Positions 46,380 through 59,184 are shown, numbered from the stretch's first letter. The stretch is DNA of 64,000 bases from Candidatus Multivoradales bacterium (GCA_965223155.1 CBDCVR010000014.1:352001-416000), one strand, 5' to 3'. Program-made: numbers and translations. The notes: generated by a model from the letters alone, not told the origin.

Positions 46380-47537
46380 TCAGCGCGGCGCCCAGAGCTC
46401 GTCGAGAGCCTGAGCGAACCGAGCGAGGCTCGCGAGATCGGCAGGGGACTCAGTCAGCAGTGGAATCCGAACTACCGGAACCGAGGTGCCGGCAAGGGAT
46501 TCGAGCTCCGCCGCTACCCGCCGATCCCGCTCGGCCAGCCAGCACAAGAGCTCGAGACCAGGCGGGCCGGCCTCGACTCCGGTATTGCCTCGCTCCTGCC
46601 GTCCCCGCCGCCGGCTGCGTCGCTGCAAAGGATGCATGCGGTTGACCACCAGCCGGTCAAGACGCTGGCCGCGCTCCGACAGGCCGCGAGCGAAGAACAT
46701 CGTGTCGGCGACCGCTCCCGCCGACGGCGCGGTCACCAAGACAAAGCCGGTCTCCTCGGCGGCAAGCAGCCGCCGAACCTCATCGGCCCGCGAGCGGAAG
46801 CCGTCGAATAGCGGCGCGAAGGCGCGAAAGAATTCGGTCATGTCGCGCAAGAGATCCAGCCCGACCAACTCGTCCAGGAAACGGTCGAGCCGGGCGCCCA
46901 AGCCCGGCAGAACCGCCGCGGCCCGGAGCCGGCCGGAAGCATCGAACCAATCGCGCGTCGCGAAGCGCACGGCGCCGCTGTCCAAGAACGAGACGATGCG
47001 CTCAGGAGCATCCAGAAAGGCGAGGGCCTCACCGATCGGCGGCGTGTCCAGGACGATTCGATCGTAGCCGCCGTCGGTCACCGCTTCGTACAGCCGCTCC
47101 ACCGCCATGTATTCGAGAATGCCCGCCAACCGGCCCGCCAGGCGGTCGAAATAGGGATTCCGCAGAATGCGTTCGCGCGAGTCACGATCGGGCGCGTAGC
47201 GCTCGACCAGGGAGACGAAGGTCGCGCGGGCATCGAGCAGATGCGCCCACAGCTCGCCGGTGCCCTTGCCCGACCTGGGAAGGGCCACCGGCACGGCCCC
47301 GGTGCCAGTTCCGTGGCCGGTTCCGGGCCCGGTTCCGGAGCCGGCACTTCCCGCTGGATCGTCCACGGCCAGCCCCAACGCCTCCCGCAGACGCCAGGAC
47401 GGGTCAAAGGTCATGACCAGAGTGCGGGCGCCTTCCCGCGCATGGCGGAGCGCGGTAGCCGCCGCCAGAGTGGTCTTGCCGACACCGCCGCCGCCGACGA
47501 AGACGAGCCGTTCCGGAAGCTCGCGCGGCGCGGTCAT
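46380..47537 (-). CDS. ArsA/Get3-like ATPase (subunit 2)
   Basis: GGGGVGKTT, MTFDP, EYMAVERL, IVLDTPP. Confidence 0.88.
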   Translation of the reverse strand: MTAPRELPERLVFVGGGGVGKTTLAAATALRHAREGARTLVMTFDPSWRLREALGLAVDDPAGSAGSGTGPGTGHGTGTGAVPVALPRSGKGTGELWAHLLDARATFVSLVERYAPDRDSRERILRNPYFDRLAGRLAGILEYMAVERLYEAVTDGGYDRIVLDTPPIGEALAFLDAPERIVSFLDSGAVRFATRDWFDASGRLRAAAVLPGLGARLDRFLDELVGLDLLRDMTEFFRAFAPLFDGFRSRADEVRRLLAAEETGFVLVTAPSAGAVADTMFFARGLSERGQRLDRLVVNRMHPLQRRSRRRGRQERGNTGVEAGPPGLELLCWLAERDRRVAAELESLAGTSVPVVRIPLLTESPADLASLARFAQALDELWAPR

Positions 47538-48466
47538 GTCCCGTCCCCACTCTCAGGCTGAGTCTCAGGGTCTCCCGCCAGGCCTCGGGCCAGCGCCGCG
47601 ACGAGCTTCTGGCCCTCGTCCAGAGCCAACAGGGGCAACTCGCTCAGCGGCACGGGAACCGCCCGGGCCAGACGCTCGAGCTCGGATTCCTGGATCCCGC
47701 GGCGGGCGCGCCAGAGGCGCGCCGCTTGCGAGCGGCCCGTGTACCCGGTCGGCACCGGCGGATAGAGCTTGTTGGCGACGACGAAGTCGAGGCCGATCCG
47801 TGTCTCGGACGCGAGCCGTTCCGCCAGCTCGACCGTCTCAGACACCGGCAGCTCCTCGCCCAGAGTCACCGCCACCACCGCCGTAGTGTCCGCGCCCACC
47901 CAGCCCGCCACCTCGGCAGCAAGCCGCGCCACCGGGCCGGCCTGAATGGCCTCTGCCACGAGCTCTGGAGCGCTGAGCAGGCTGAGCGCATGTCCGGTCG
48001 CGGGCGAATCCAGGACGACGAGCGGTCGTGTCGACGGCGCCCCGGCGGGATCGATCGTGCGGCCGGGCGGAGGGGCCGCCTCGCCGCTGGCCGCGAAGGC
48101 ATAGCGCAGGGTCGCCAATTCCTTCAACCCGGGACAGCCCTCCACGAAGTGCCGGTAGACCGGACTCCGGAAAAGCCGGCGGGCCAATCCGGGCAGCGGC
48201 AGCCGTTCGGCGACGAGCTCGTCGATCACCCGCTCGGGGCGCAGGTTGACGAGCTCGAGTCGGGGCGAGACCTGGATCCGCTCGCCCCCGGAGGGCGCGG
48301 TCTGCAGGAAGCGATGGGCGCTCTCGCGCGGATCGGCCTCGATGAGCAGGGTCGGGCGCTTCCGCGCCAGCGCGGTCGCGAGCGCGGTGGCGACCGCGGT
48401 CTTGCCCACCCCGCCCTTGCCGGTGACGAGAACGAGCTCCTTGGCGGCCAGGTGTTCGAGCAGCAT
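47534..48466 (-). CDS. ArsA/Get3-like ATPase (subunit 1)
   Basis: VTGKGGVGKT, PGLKEL, VLDSPATGH, EELPVSET. Confidence 0.88.
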   Translation of the reverse strand: MLLEHLAAKELVLVTGKGGVGKTAVATALATALARKRPTLLIEADPRESAHRFLQTAPSGGERIQVSPRLELVNLRPERVIDELVAERLPLPGLARRLFRSPVYRHFVEGCPGLKELATLRYAFAASGEAAPPPGRTIDPAGAPSTRPLVVLDSPATGHALSLLSAPELVAEAIQAGPVARLAAEVAGWVGADTTAVVAVTLGEELPVSETVELAERLASETRIGLDFVVANKLYPPVPTGYTGRSQAARLWRARRGIQESELERLARAVPVPLSELPLLALDEGQKLVAALARGLAGDPETQPESGDGT

Positions 48467-48597
48467 GATCGAGTTGCGGGAAGTTTCGGCAAAGCCCGGA
48501 GAGACCAGGGAGCGACCTCGAGCCTCCAAGCCTGAGGTGAGAGGGTATTCGAAAAGAAGGCGCACGACACCGGCCGGCCGAGTATCCTTGGTGCGCC

Positions 48598-48951
48598 GTG
48601 ACCTTCGTCATCACCGAGCCCTGCCGGAACGAGAAGGACCGCTCGTGCGTCGAGGTCTGTCCGGAGGACTGCATCTACGACGCCGAGGGCTGGGACACGC
48701 TCCGCATCCATCCCGGCGAGTGCACTGACTGCACCTTGTGCGTCGAGGCCTGTCCCGTCCAGGCGATCTATCCGGAGGCCGAAGTGCCGGTGTGGTGGCG
48801 CGACTGGATTGCGGTCAACTACCGGAGTTTCGGCTTGGAGCCACCGGCGCCCACCGGAGTCTCGAAGCAAGCGATTGGAGCGATCGGAGCCAGCCCGGCC
48901 AGATCGGCCGACTCAGGCAACTCAGGTAGCTCAGAAGCCGCCGATGGGTGA
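48598..48951 (+). CDS. Ferredoxin (7Fe/2[4Fe-4S] type)
   Basis: MTFVITEPC...CVEVCPEDCI...ECTDCTLCVEACPV. Confidence 0.92.
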   Translation: MTFVITEPCRNEKDRSCVEVCPEDCIYDAEGWDTLRIHPGECTDCTLCVEACPVQAIYPEAEVPVWWRDWIAVNYRSFGLEPPAPTGVSKQAIGAIGASPARSADSGNSGSSEAADG

Positions 48952-49759
48952 CGATCCGGCGGTGCGCAAGGCGGTGATTCCCGCGGCCGGACACGGCACG
49001 CGCATGCACCCGGTGAGCAAGACCGTGCCCAAGGAGCTCTTGCCCATCGGCTCGAAGCCCGCCGTCCACTGGGTGGTCGAGGAAGCCGCCGCCGCCGGCC
49101 TGACCGAGATCGCGGTGGTCTTGAGCCCGGCCAAGCGTCTGCTCTTCGAGTACCTGGCTTCGAGCGGGCTGGACCGCGAGCTGGGCGTGCGCTTCGAGTA
49201 CGTCGACCAGGACGTCCAGCGGGGTCTGGCCGACGCAATGTGGCGCTGCCGGGACTTCTGCGACGGCGAGCCCTTCGCGTTGCTGCTGCCCGACAACGTC
49301 GTGCTGGCTCCCGAGTACCGCCTCGAGGGCATGATCGACGTCTACCGGGACACCGGCCTCGACGTTGTCGGCGTGCTCGAGCTGGACGTGAGCCACAGCG
49401 GGCTCTACGGCAACTGCGGTCGAATCCGCTCCGGCGAGGCGAGGGGTCGAGCCTTGCCGATCCACGAGCTTTCGGGCAAGGAGCCGGGCCGGCTCGTGAT
49501 CGAACCGGGTACCACCGTGCGCCGCACCTGCGGCCGCTACGTCTGCCGGCCCCATGTTTTCGAGTACATGGAGCCGCTGCGCGAATCCACCAACGGCGCG
49601 CCCGGCGAGCTCGACGAGGTGCCCGTCTATCAGGCCATCATCCGCGACCACGGAGCCATGGGCTGGATCGTGCCGCCGCCGCTCTTCGATGTCGGCTATC
49701 CCCTGGGCTTCGCCGCCGCCAACGGCTACTTCGCCGAGACGCTGGCCCCAGGGCGCTGA
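48944..49759 (+). CDS. Sugar-1-phosphate nucleotidyltransferase (GalU-like)
   Basis: KAVIPAAGHGTRMHP.SK.VPKELLP, Q...GLADA, FALLLPD. Confidence 0.85.
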   Translation: MGDDPAVRKAVIPAAGHGTRMHPVSKTVPKELLPIGSKPAVHWVVEEAAAAGLTEIAVVLSPAKRLLFEYLASSGLDRELGVRFEYVDQDVQRGLADAMWRCRDFCDGEPFALLLPDNVVLAPEYRLEGMIDVYRDTGLDVVGVLELDVSHSGLYGNCGRIRSGEARGRALPIHELSGKEPGRLVIEPGTTVRRTCGRYVCRPHVFEYMEPLRESTNGAPGELDEVPVYQAIIRDHGAMGWIVPPPLFDVGYPLGFAAANGYFAETLAPGR

Positions 49760-49833
49760 CGCCGAGTCCGAACGACGCCTCGCGCTCGAAAATCGGCGCG
49801 CCCGGCCCAGGATCGATGGGACGAGCAGGCTAG

Positions 49834-50017
49834 CTAGCCTGGCTTTCTCACAGGCGTTTGAATCAGAAGGTCTCAAGTGTTTGGAGATGCAAGGCTTGCG
49901 ACCGAGGGCGACGCAGGCGTAGCTGTAGCTACGTCGAGGAGCCTGAGTGGAGCGTAACGCCGCAGATCCAGACACTCGCGGCTTTCTGGACGAAGGCTTG
50001 TGAGAAAGCCAGGCTAG
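49834..50017. mobile_element. MITE-like 184-bp palindromic element
   Basis: Perfect 19-bp terminal inverted repeats CTAGCCTGGCTTTCTCACA / TGTGAGAAAGCCAGGCTAG, internal imperfect symmetry, CTAG ends. Confidence 0.75.
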
Positions 50018-51204
50018 ACAGGCTCGACTTCGGCGCCCGCGCCGATCCGCGCGCAGAAGCTCGGTGCGGAACGGCCGAAGGCGCGCTCGAAGTCGCGGCT
50101 CATCCGGGCCGCCACCGCCTCGGCCGCCGCCGCCTTGATCAGAGCAACGACGCAACCGCCGAAACCGGCGCCGCTCAGGCGCGCGCCGTAGCAGCCCGAA
50201 GCCGACGCCGCCGAGTGGGCCAGAAGATCGAGCTCCGGAAGCGAAACCTCATAGAGATCGCGCGAGCTCGCGTGCGAAGCGTTCATGAGCTCGCCCACCA
50301 CCCGTACCTTGCCCTGACGAAGCGCCTCGGCGCCCTGCCGCACCCGCTCGCACTCCTCCACCACGTGCCGAGCGCGCTTGTGGAGAGCCGGCGTGAGGAC
50401 TCCGGCGTGCTCGGCCAGGTCCGCAGACGAAAGATCGCGGAGCGACTCGAGGCCCGGGACGACGAGCGCGAGCGCGGCCGTGGCCTGGCGACACTCTTCC
50501 GGGCGCCGGTTGTAGTCGGATTCAGCGAGCCGGCGGCGCACACCGCTGTCGGCGACGAGCACGGCCAGATCCGAGGGTAGCGGCACCCGGTCGAAGTCCA
50601 GACTCCGGCAGTCCAGCAGAAGCAGGCTGTCGGCAGCCCCGTGGATCGAAGTGAACTGGTCCATGACGCCGGAGCTCACTCCTAGGTACTCGTTCTCCAC
50701 CCGGCGGCCGATCTCGGACCGCCGGCGCCCGGAGAGCTCGAAGCCGCCAGCCGCCTCACAGGCGAGCAGCAAGGCCACTTCCACCGCCGCTGACGAGCTC
50801 ACGCCGGCGCCGATGGGTAGGTCGCCGCCGAGAACGGCGTCGATCGGAGCGACCGCATACCCGGCGCGGGCGAGGGCCCAGAAGACACCGCGCGCGAGCT
50901 CGTCCCAGCCGGCCAGGTCATCGCCTCCGCCGCGCCGTTCGGGCACCGGCGGCGGCAACCAGCGACCGTCGATCTCTGTCGTGTCCTCGTAGTCCAAGGC
51001 CAGGATGCGAGCCTTGTCCGAGCTTGCCGGACGGGCCGCCAGCCAGAGGCTCCGGTCGATCGCTCCGGCCAAGACCCAGCCCTGGTTGTAGTCGACGTGG
51101 GCGCCAAGGACACAGACGCGGCCTGGCGCACGGATCATCCACTGGGGCTCGTCACCGAAGGCCTCGGCGAAGGCTTGGAGGACGCGCTGGCGACCGCTCA
51201 CCAC
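50014..51204 (-). CDS. galK: Galactokinase
   Basis: APGRV..LGAHVDYN.G, PIGAGVSSSAA, GVMDQF, GARLSGAGFGG. Confidence 0.93.
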   Translation of the reverse strand: MVSGRQRVLQAFAEAFGDEPQWMIRAPGRVCVLGAHVDYNQGWVLAGAIDRSLWLAARPASSDKARILALDYEDTTEIDGRWLPPPVPERRGGGDDLAGWDELARGVFWALARAGYAVAPIDAVLGGDLPIGAGVSSSAAVEVALLLACEAAGGFELSGRRRSEIGRRVENEYLGVSSGVMDQFTSIHGAADSLLLLDCRSLDFDRVPLPSDLAVLVADSGVRRRLAESDYNRRPEECRQATAALALVVPGLESLRDLSSADLAEHAGVLTPALHKRARHVVEECERVRQGAEALRQGKVRVVGELMNASHASSRDLYEVSLPELDLLAHSAASASGCYGARLSGAGFGGCVVALIKAAAAEAVAARMSRDFERAFGRSAPSFCARIGAGAEVEPV

Positions 51205-51246
51205 GGGGCCTCCCCAACGAGCACGGCCCGGTATGATCGCGGCCCG

Positions 51247-51780
51247 ATGCCGGAAGCAGCGACCGAAGGTTCGGAGGCCGATCCGGGCGGCCTCCTCCCC
51301 CGGGTAGCGGCCGTGCTGGGCGCTCTGGCCGCGGCTCTCCTAGGGCTCGTCGCGCTCATCGCGGCCTTCGACCTCGTGTCCTGGATCGCACTGAAGCGAT
51401 CTTACGCGGCCCTGGACGAGTTTGTCGCGGTGCTGATGGTCTGGTTTGGCCTGATCTCCGCCGCCTTCGCCCTGGCCGAGGGATCCCACGTGGCCGTCGC
51501 TCTTCTCGCCGACCGCCTGTCGGGAGCCGGCCGCCGCGCCGTCGAGCGCTGCGCCGATCTGGCGGTCGCGGGCTTTGGCCTCTTGCTGGCGGTGTTCGGC
51601 CGCGAGCTGACGGCGGCGGCGACCAATACCCTCCCCGGCACGGGATGGCCGGCCGCGGTCCAGTACCAGCCGACGGTCTGGTGCGGCGCGCTCCTGGCCG
51701 TCCTGGGCCTGGCCGCCGCCTTCGTGCCCAGAACCGGAACACGAGCCGCATCCGGCGCCAGGCGAGGCGGCCGGGCGTGA
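51247..51780 (+). CDS. dctQ: TRAP transporter small permease
   Basis: Four TM helices, DE...LMVW.GL..A......HVAV motif. Confidence 0.8.
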   Translation: MPEAATEGSEADPGGLLPRVAAVLGALAAALLGLVALIAAFDLVSWIALKRSYAALDEFVAVLMVWFGLISAAFALAEGSHVAVALLADRLSGAGRRAVERCADLAVAGFGLLLAVFGRELTAAATNTLPGTGWPAAVQYQPTVWCGALLAVLGLAAAFVPRTGTRAASGARRGGRA

Positions 51781-53078
51781 CCGAAGCGGCGCTCATCGGC
51801 CTCGTCGTCGGCACCTTCGCGGTGCTCTTGGTTTTGCGGGTCCCGGTCGCCTTTGCCTTGGGCCTGGCCGCCTTTTCGTACTTCTTCGCCACCGGCCGGC
51901 CGGCGCTTTCGGTCGCCCAGAAGATCGCTTCGCAGATGGCCGAGCCCACGCTGCTCGCCATTCCGTTTTTCATCCTCTGCGGCGAGATCATGAGCTCGGG
52001 CGGCATGGCGGCCCGGCTGGTGGCGGTCGCCAACATCTGCGTCGGCTTCGTCCGCGGTGGCCTCGCCATGGTCAACGTCGTGGCCTCGATGTTCTTCGGA
52101 GGCATCTCGGGGTCGAGCGTGGCGGACACCGCTTCGATCGGTCCTGTCCTGATCCCGCCGATGGTGCGCGCCGGCTACGACCGGGACTTCGCGGTCGCGG
52201 TGACGGTGGCCTCCTCGACCCAGGGCATCATCCTGCCGCCGTCCCACAACGCGATCCTCTACTCCCTGGCGGCCGGGGGCACGGTTTCGATCCAGGCACT
52301 GTTTCTGGCCGGCTACCTGCCGGGCGTGCTGATCGCCTTGGTTCTCATGGCGCTGTGCGGCCTGCTGGCGCGTAGGCGCGACTACCCGGCGGAGCACCGA
52401 ATCCCCATGCGCGAGGCTCTGGGCACGGTCGTCCGGGCGCTGCCGGCGCTGGCAACGCCGTTCCTCATCATCGTGCCTCTGGTGCTGGGCTGGGCGCCCG
52501 CGCACCACGCCGCGATCCTGGCGGTGATGTGGTCGCTGGTTGTCTCGATATTCGGCTACCGATCGCTGCCGGCGGCCGCCCTCGGCGGCGTGCTTCGAGC
52601 CGCCGCCCGGACCTCGGGCATGGTCATGATCCTGATCGGAACAGCGGCCGCCTTCGGCGAGGTCCTGACCTATCTGCACGTCCCGGCCAGGCTGGCGGCG
52701 ACGCTGACCGAGCTGCCGCTGGGACGGGTCGGCGCCCTGCTGCTGGTGAATCTAGCGGTGCTCTTGCTCGGCACGGTCATGGACATGGCCGCGCTCATCG
52801 TCATCCTGACGCCGATCCTGCTGCCGGTCGCCGAGGGACTGGGGCTCGACCCGGTGCACTTTGGCATCGTCTTGCTCTTGAATCTGGGAATCGGGCTCTG
52901 CACTCCCCCGGTCGGCACCACCCTATTCGTGGGCTGCGCCGTGGGCGGGATCTCTCTCGAGGCCGCTTCCCGGGCGCTGGTACCCTTCTATCTGGCGATG
53001 CTCGCCGTGCTTCTCCTGGTGACCTTCATCCCCGAACTCTCCCTGTGGCTTCCCGAGCTCATCGATTCCTTGCGCTAG
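51777..53078 (+). CDS. dctM: TRAP transporter large permease
   Basis: LLAIPFFIL.GEIM, FGGISGSSVAD, IILPPS, GLCTPPVG. Confidence 0.93.
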   Translation: MTEAALIGLVVGTFAVLLVLRVPVAFALGLAAFSYFFATGRPALSVAQKIASQMAEPTLLAIPFFILCGEIMSSGGMAARLVAVANICVGFVRGGLAMVNVVASMFFGGISGSSVADTASIGPVLIPPMVRAGYDRDFAVAVTVASSTQGIILPPSHNAILYSLAAGGTVSIQALFLAGYLPGVLIALVLMALCGLLARRRDYPAEHRIPMREALGTVVRALPALATPFLIIVPLVLGWAPAHHAAILAVMWSLVVSIFGYRSLPAAALGGVLRAAARTSGMVMILIGTAAAFGEVLTYLHVPARLAATLTELPLGRVGALLLVNLAVLLLGTVMDMAALIVILTPILLPVAEGLGLDPVHFGIVLLLNLGIGLCTPPVGTTLFVGCAVGGISLEAASRALVPFYLAMLAVLLLVTFIPELSLWLPELIDSLR

Positions 53079-54091
53079 CGACGGCCTGCCTTGCAGGGCT
53101 CGCCGGCTGTGCCGAGCCCAGGGGCGCTCCGGGAACGAACGGTCCGGCGAGCTGGGTCGCGACCAACGTCCACGTCGAGACCTATCCCACCGCGCAGGGC
53201 CTCACCGACTTGGCCCGGCGCGTCGCCGAGGATCCGGCTCTGGGGTCCCGGATCCGGCTGGATCTTCAGCTCGGCGGCGTCCTCGGCAACGAGAAGGAGA
53301 CGCTCGAGAAGCTCCGCTTTGGCGCCATCCAGATGGCTTGCACCTCGACCGCGCCGCTGGCCGAGTTCGCTCCGGCGGTCGGCGTTCTGTCCCTGCCCTT
53401 CCTTTTCGACGACGCCGAGCACCTGTGGCGCACCCTCGACGGCCCGATCGGCGAGCGGCTCACGGCCGAGCTCGAGGCCGCCGGTTTCGTGGCTTTGGCC
53501 TGGTACGACGCCGGCGCCCGCTCCTTCTATACCAACCGGCGGGCGATCCGGACCGTCTCGGACATGCGCGGCCTGCGCATCCGAGTCCAGCGCTCCGAGA
53601 TCATGCGGGACATGGTCGCCGCGCTCGGCGCCGCGCCGGTCGCCCTGGGGTTCAAGGAAGTCTACACCGCCCTCCACACGGCAGCCATCGACGGCGCCGA
53701 GAACAACGTGCCGTCGTACCTGTCCGAGAGGCACTTCGAAGCAGCTCCCTTCTACTCCTTGGATCGCCACGCCATGATCCCGGACATCGTGCTGGTCGCC
53801 ACCCGTGCCTGGGCCGCGCTCGGACCTGAAGAGCAGACGGCCCTGCGCCAGGCGGCGCGAGCCTCCGCCGAACGCCAGCGCGAGCTCTGGGCCAACTACC
53901 GGCGCGAGGCCATCGCCCGGCTGCGCGAGGCGGGTTCGACCTTGACCGAGGTGGACGAGCCGGCCTCGTTCCGCCGAGCCGTGGCGCCGGTGTACGAGAA
54001 GCACGGCGGTGACTACGCCGAGCTCGTCGCCGGCATTCGAGCCGGATCGGCGATGGCGAGATCCAAATCCTTGACGCCAATCCAGGAATGA
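53045..54091 (+). CDS. dctP: TRAP transporter substrate-binding lipoprotein
   Basis: Lipobox LAGC; GVLGNEKE, LPFLF, GLRIRVQ, EVYTAL...IDGAENN; start approximate. Confidence 0.9.
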   Translation: MASRAHRFLALATACLAGLAGCAEPRGAPGTNGPASWVATNVHVETYPTAQGLTDLARRVAEDPALGSRIRLDLQLGGVLGNEKETLEKLRFGAIQMACTSTAPLAEFAPAVGVLSLPFLFDDAEHLWRTLDGPIGERLTAELEAAGFVALAWYDAGARSFYTNRRAIRTVSDMRGLRIRVQRSEIMRDMVAALGAAPVALGFKEVYTALHTAAIDGAENNVPSYLSERHFEAAPFYSLDRHAMIPDIVLVATRAWAALGPEEQTALRQAARASAERQRELWANYRREAIARLREAGSTLTEVDEPASFRRAVAPVYEKHGGDYAELVAGIRAGSAMARSKSLTPIQE

Positions 54092-54116
54092 ATCGGCGGC
54101 CCGGCGCGTTCCCATA

Positions 54117-54137
54117 CTTGAGGGCTTCGGACTAAGA
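54117..54137. promoter_or_regulatory. HAIR-like (HspR-type) operator upstream of cbpA-clpB
   Basis: CTTGAGG-N7-ACTAAGA vs consensus CTTGAGT-N7-ACTCAAG. Confidence 0.55.
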
Positions 54138-54214
54138 TCTGGAGCGCAGCCCCGCGGGGATGGTCCGACGGCCCATCCGGCCGGCGCAGTCGGGCTGGCA
54201 AGGAGAACTTCGCT

Positions 54215-55177
54215 TTGAACTATCGGGATTACTACAAGACGCTCGGCGTCGCCAAGACCGCCTCCAAGGACGAGATCCAGAAGGCCTACCGGAAGCTCGC
54301 CCGCAAGTACCACCCCGACATCAACAAGGACGAGGGTGCCGAGGTCAAGTTCAAGGAGATCAACGAGGCCTACGAAGTGCTCAAGGATCCCGAAAAGCGC
54401 AAGAAGTATGACCAGTTCGGCTCCGCCTGGAAGCAAGCACAACACACCGGCGCGCCGCCCCCGGGTTTCGAGGAGATCTTCTCGCAGTTCGGTTTCGGGC
54501 CCGGCGGCCGGGTCGAGTTCGACTTCGGCACCGGCCGCTCCGGCGGTGGCGGCTTCAGCTCCTTTTTCGAGACGCTGTTCGGCGGCGGACGTGCCGGAGG
54601 ACAGGCGTGGCCGGGCCAGCGAGCGCAAGCTCGCCAAGCGCGCCGCGGCCGTGATCATGAAGCGCGGATCTCGATGTCGATCGAGGAAGCCGGGCGCGGA
54701 GGCAAGCGGGAGATCACGCTCACCGACCCCGAAACCAGAGAGCAGCGCACTCTCCGCATCACGATTCCCAAGGGGATCAGGCCCGGGCAGCGCATCCGGC
54801 TCGCCGGCCAGGGCGGCAAGAGCGGCGACGGCCAGCGTGGCGACCTCTATCTGACGGTGGACATCCTGCCTCACCCCAGCTTCCGGCTCGAGAACTCAGA
54901 CCTCCATACCGTGATCGCGGTCGCGCCCTGGGAAGCGGCCCTCGGCGGCACCGCACCGATCAAGACCCTGGACGGCGAGGTCACGGTCAAGATCCCGGCC
55001 GGCTCGTCTTCGGGTACCCGCGTCCGGCTGCGGGAGAAGGGCTATCCGAGCAAGAACGGAAAGAACGGCGACCTCTTCGCCGAAATTCGCATCGTCGTGC
55101 CGAAGGAGCTGTCCGACCGGGACCGCGAGCTCTTCGAGGCGCTCGCCGAGGACTCGGAGTTTCAGCCCCGCGGCTGA
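54215..55177 (+). CDS. cbpA: DnaJ-class co-chaperone lacking Zn finger (CbpA-like)
   Basis: J domain with HPD, G/F region, DnaJ_C; TTG start. Confidence 0.9.
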   Translation: MNYRDYYKTLGVAKTASKDEIQKAYRKLARKYHPDINKDEGAEVKFKEINEAYEVLKDPEKRKKYDQFGSAWKQAQHTGAPPPGFEEIFSQFGFGPGGRVEFDFGTGRSGGGGFSSFFETLFGGGRAGGQAWPGQRAQARQARRGRDHEARISMSIEEAGRGGKREITLTDPETREQRTLRITIPKGIRPGQRIRLAGQGGKSGDGQRGDLYLTVDILPHPSFRLENSDLHTVIAVAPWEAALGGTAPIKTLDGEVTVKIPAGSSSGTRVRLREKGYPSKNGKNGDLFAEIRIVVPKELSDRDRELFEALAEDSEFQPRG

Positions 55178-55187
55178 GGAGACCACC

Positions 55188-57821
<2,634 letters not shown>

Positions 57822-57876
57822 TAGGTCCCTCCGGGTCCGGCTTGCGCTCCCCCGAGCGCCCGCCCGGCGAGCCTCC

Positions 57877-58572
57877 ATGATCCCGCTTCGCGACACTATC
57901 CAGAGCCGCAGCACGCCCTGGGTGACCCGGGCATTGATCGTGGCCAACGTCGTCGCCTTCGGCTACGAGCTGTCGCTACCCACCGAAGCCTTGGACCGGC
58001 TGTTCGCGACCTTCGGGATCGTGCCGGCGGCGGTCACCGCCGGCGCCGTACCCCTGCCCTGGATCCTGCGCCCCTTCCTGGGCAGCCTCTTTCTACACGG
58101 TGGGCTCTTCCATCTCCTCGCCAACATGTGGACCCTGTGGATCTTCGGCGACAACGTCGAGGACCGGCTCGGATCCGGCCGCTTCCTGCTCTTCTACCTG
58201 GCCTCGGGCCTGTCGGCGGGCGCCGTGCACCTCGTGACCAATCCGGGCTCGGCGGTGCCCACGATCGGCGCCTCCGGAGCCATTGCCGGCGTCCTCGGAG
58301 CCTATTTCGTGCTCTACCCCTTCGCCCGCATCGTCACCTTGATTCCAATCGTCTTCTGGCCGGTCTTCGTCGAGCTGCCGGCCTTTCTCTATCTTGGCTT
58401 TTGGTTCGTATCCCAGCTCGCAAGCGGCGGTGCCTCCGCTGCCGCCGGCACCGCCGGAGGCATCGCTTGGTGGGCCCACGTCGGCGGGTTTCTGGCCGGA
58501 TTGATCCTCCTTCGGGCCTTTGGCGGGCCTCTCCGGCGCGATTCTTCAGTTGATCTTAGTCAAGTCAACTAA
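57877..58572 (+). CDS. Rhomboid intramembrane serine protease
   Basis: FLHGG..HL..NM, GASGAIAG, AWWAHVGGF. Confidence 0.93.
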   Translation: MIPLRDTIQSRSTPWVTRALIVANVVAFGYELSLPTEALDRLFATFGIVPAAVTAGAVPLPWILRPFLGSLFLHGGLFHLLANMWTLWIFGDNVEDRLGSGRFLLFYLASGLSAGAVHLVTNPGSAVPTIGASGAIAGVLGAYFVLYPFARIVTLIPIVFWPVFVELPAFLYLGFWFVSQLASGGASAAAGTAGGIAWWAHVGGFLAGLILLRAFGGPLRRDSSVDLSQVN

Positions 58573-58626
58573 GATTCTCTGTTGCCTCCGGAATATCCCC
58601 GTAGATCTGAGTGTTTCCCAATAAGG
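58553..58626. promoter_or_regulatory. Two HAIR-like operators upstream of hsp20
   Basis: Perfect ATCTTAGT-N7-ACTAAGAT (58553-58575) and degenerate ATCTGAGT-N7-AATAAGG (58605-58626). Confidence 0.6.
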
Positions 58627-58683
58627 ATGGCCCGGAAGAGGGCCGTTCCTGGAAACGCAACGACCTACCAAGGAGGAGACACC

Positions 58684-59139
58684 ATGAGAAAAGCCTACTT
58701 GACGCGACGGCCGTCCGAAGTCTTCGGCGATCCCTTCTTCCGGGGCTTCGACGAGCTCTTCAAGGACGAGCTTCTGCCCCGCAGCTTCTTCGGCCGCGCG
58801 GGCAACGGCGACGGCGGCTTCGTGCCTGCGGTCGACGTCCGCGAGGGCGAAAACGAGTTCGTCTTCACCGCCGAGCTTCCTGGCCTCACCAGCGAGGACG
58901 TCTCGATCACGCTCGACGACAACGTGCTGACCCTGGCCGGCGAGCGCAAGCTCGAGAACGAGGAGAACCGGGAGCAGTTCCACCGCATCGAGCGCCGCTA
59001 CGGAAGCTTCACCCGGAGCTTCACCCTGCCCCACGAAGTCGACGATGAGCAGGTCGCGGCCACCTTCACGAACGGCGTGCTGACCATCACGGTGCCCAAG
59101 ACCGAGAAGGCCAAGCCCCGCCAGATCGAGATCGGCTAA
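58684..59139 (+). CDS. Small heat-shock protein Hsp20
   Basis: PAVDV.E, AELPG, ERRYGSFTRSFTLP, NGVLTITVPK; RBS AGGAGG. Confidence 0.95.
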   Translation: MRKAYLTRRPSEVFGDPFFRGFDELFKDELLPRSFFGRAGNGDGGFVPAVDVREGENEFVFTAELPGLTSEDVSITLDDNVLTLAGERKLENEENREQFHRIERRYGSFTRSFTLPHEVDDEQVAATFTNGVLTITVPKTEKAKPRQIEIG

Positions 59140-59184
59140 CGCGGCCCGGCGCTTCCCGGCGCCCGAGCAAGCATCGATCCATCG

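Noticed and set aside
46380-48466. Arsenic-resistance operon
   Set aside because: No arsR, arsB/acr3, arsC or arsD nearby; the context is lipid/granule genes.
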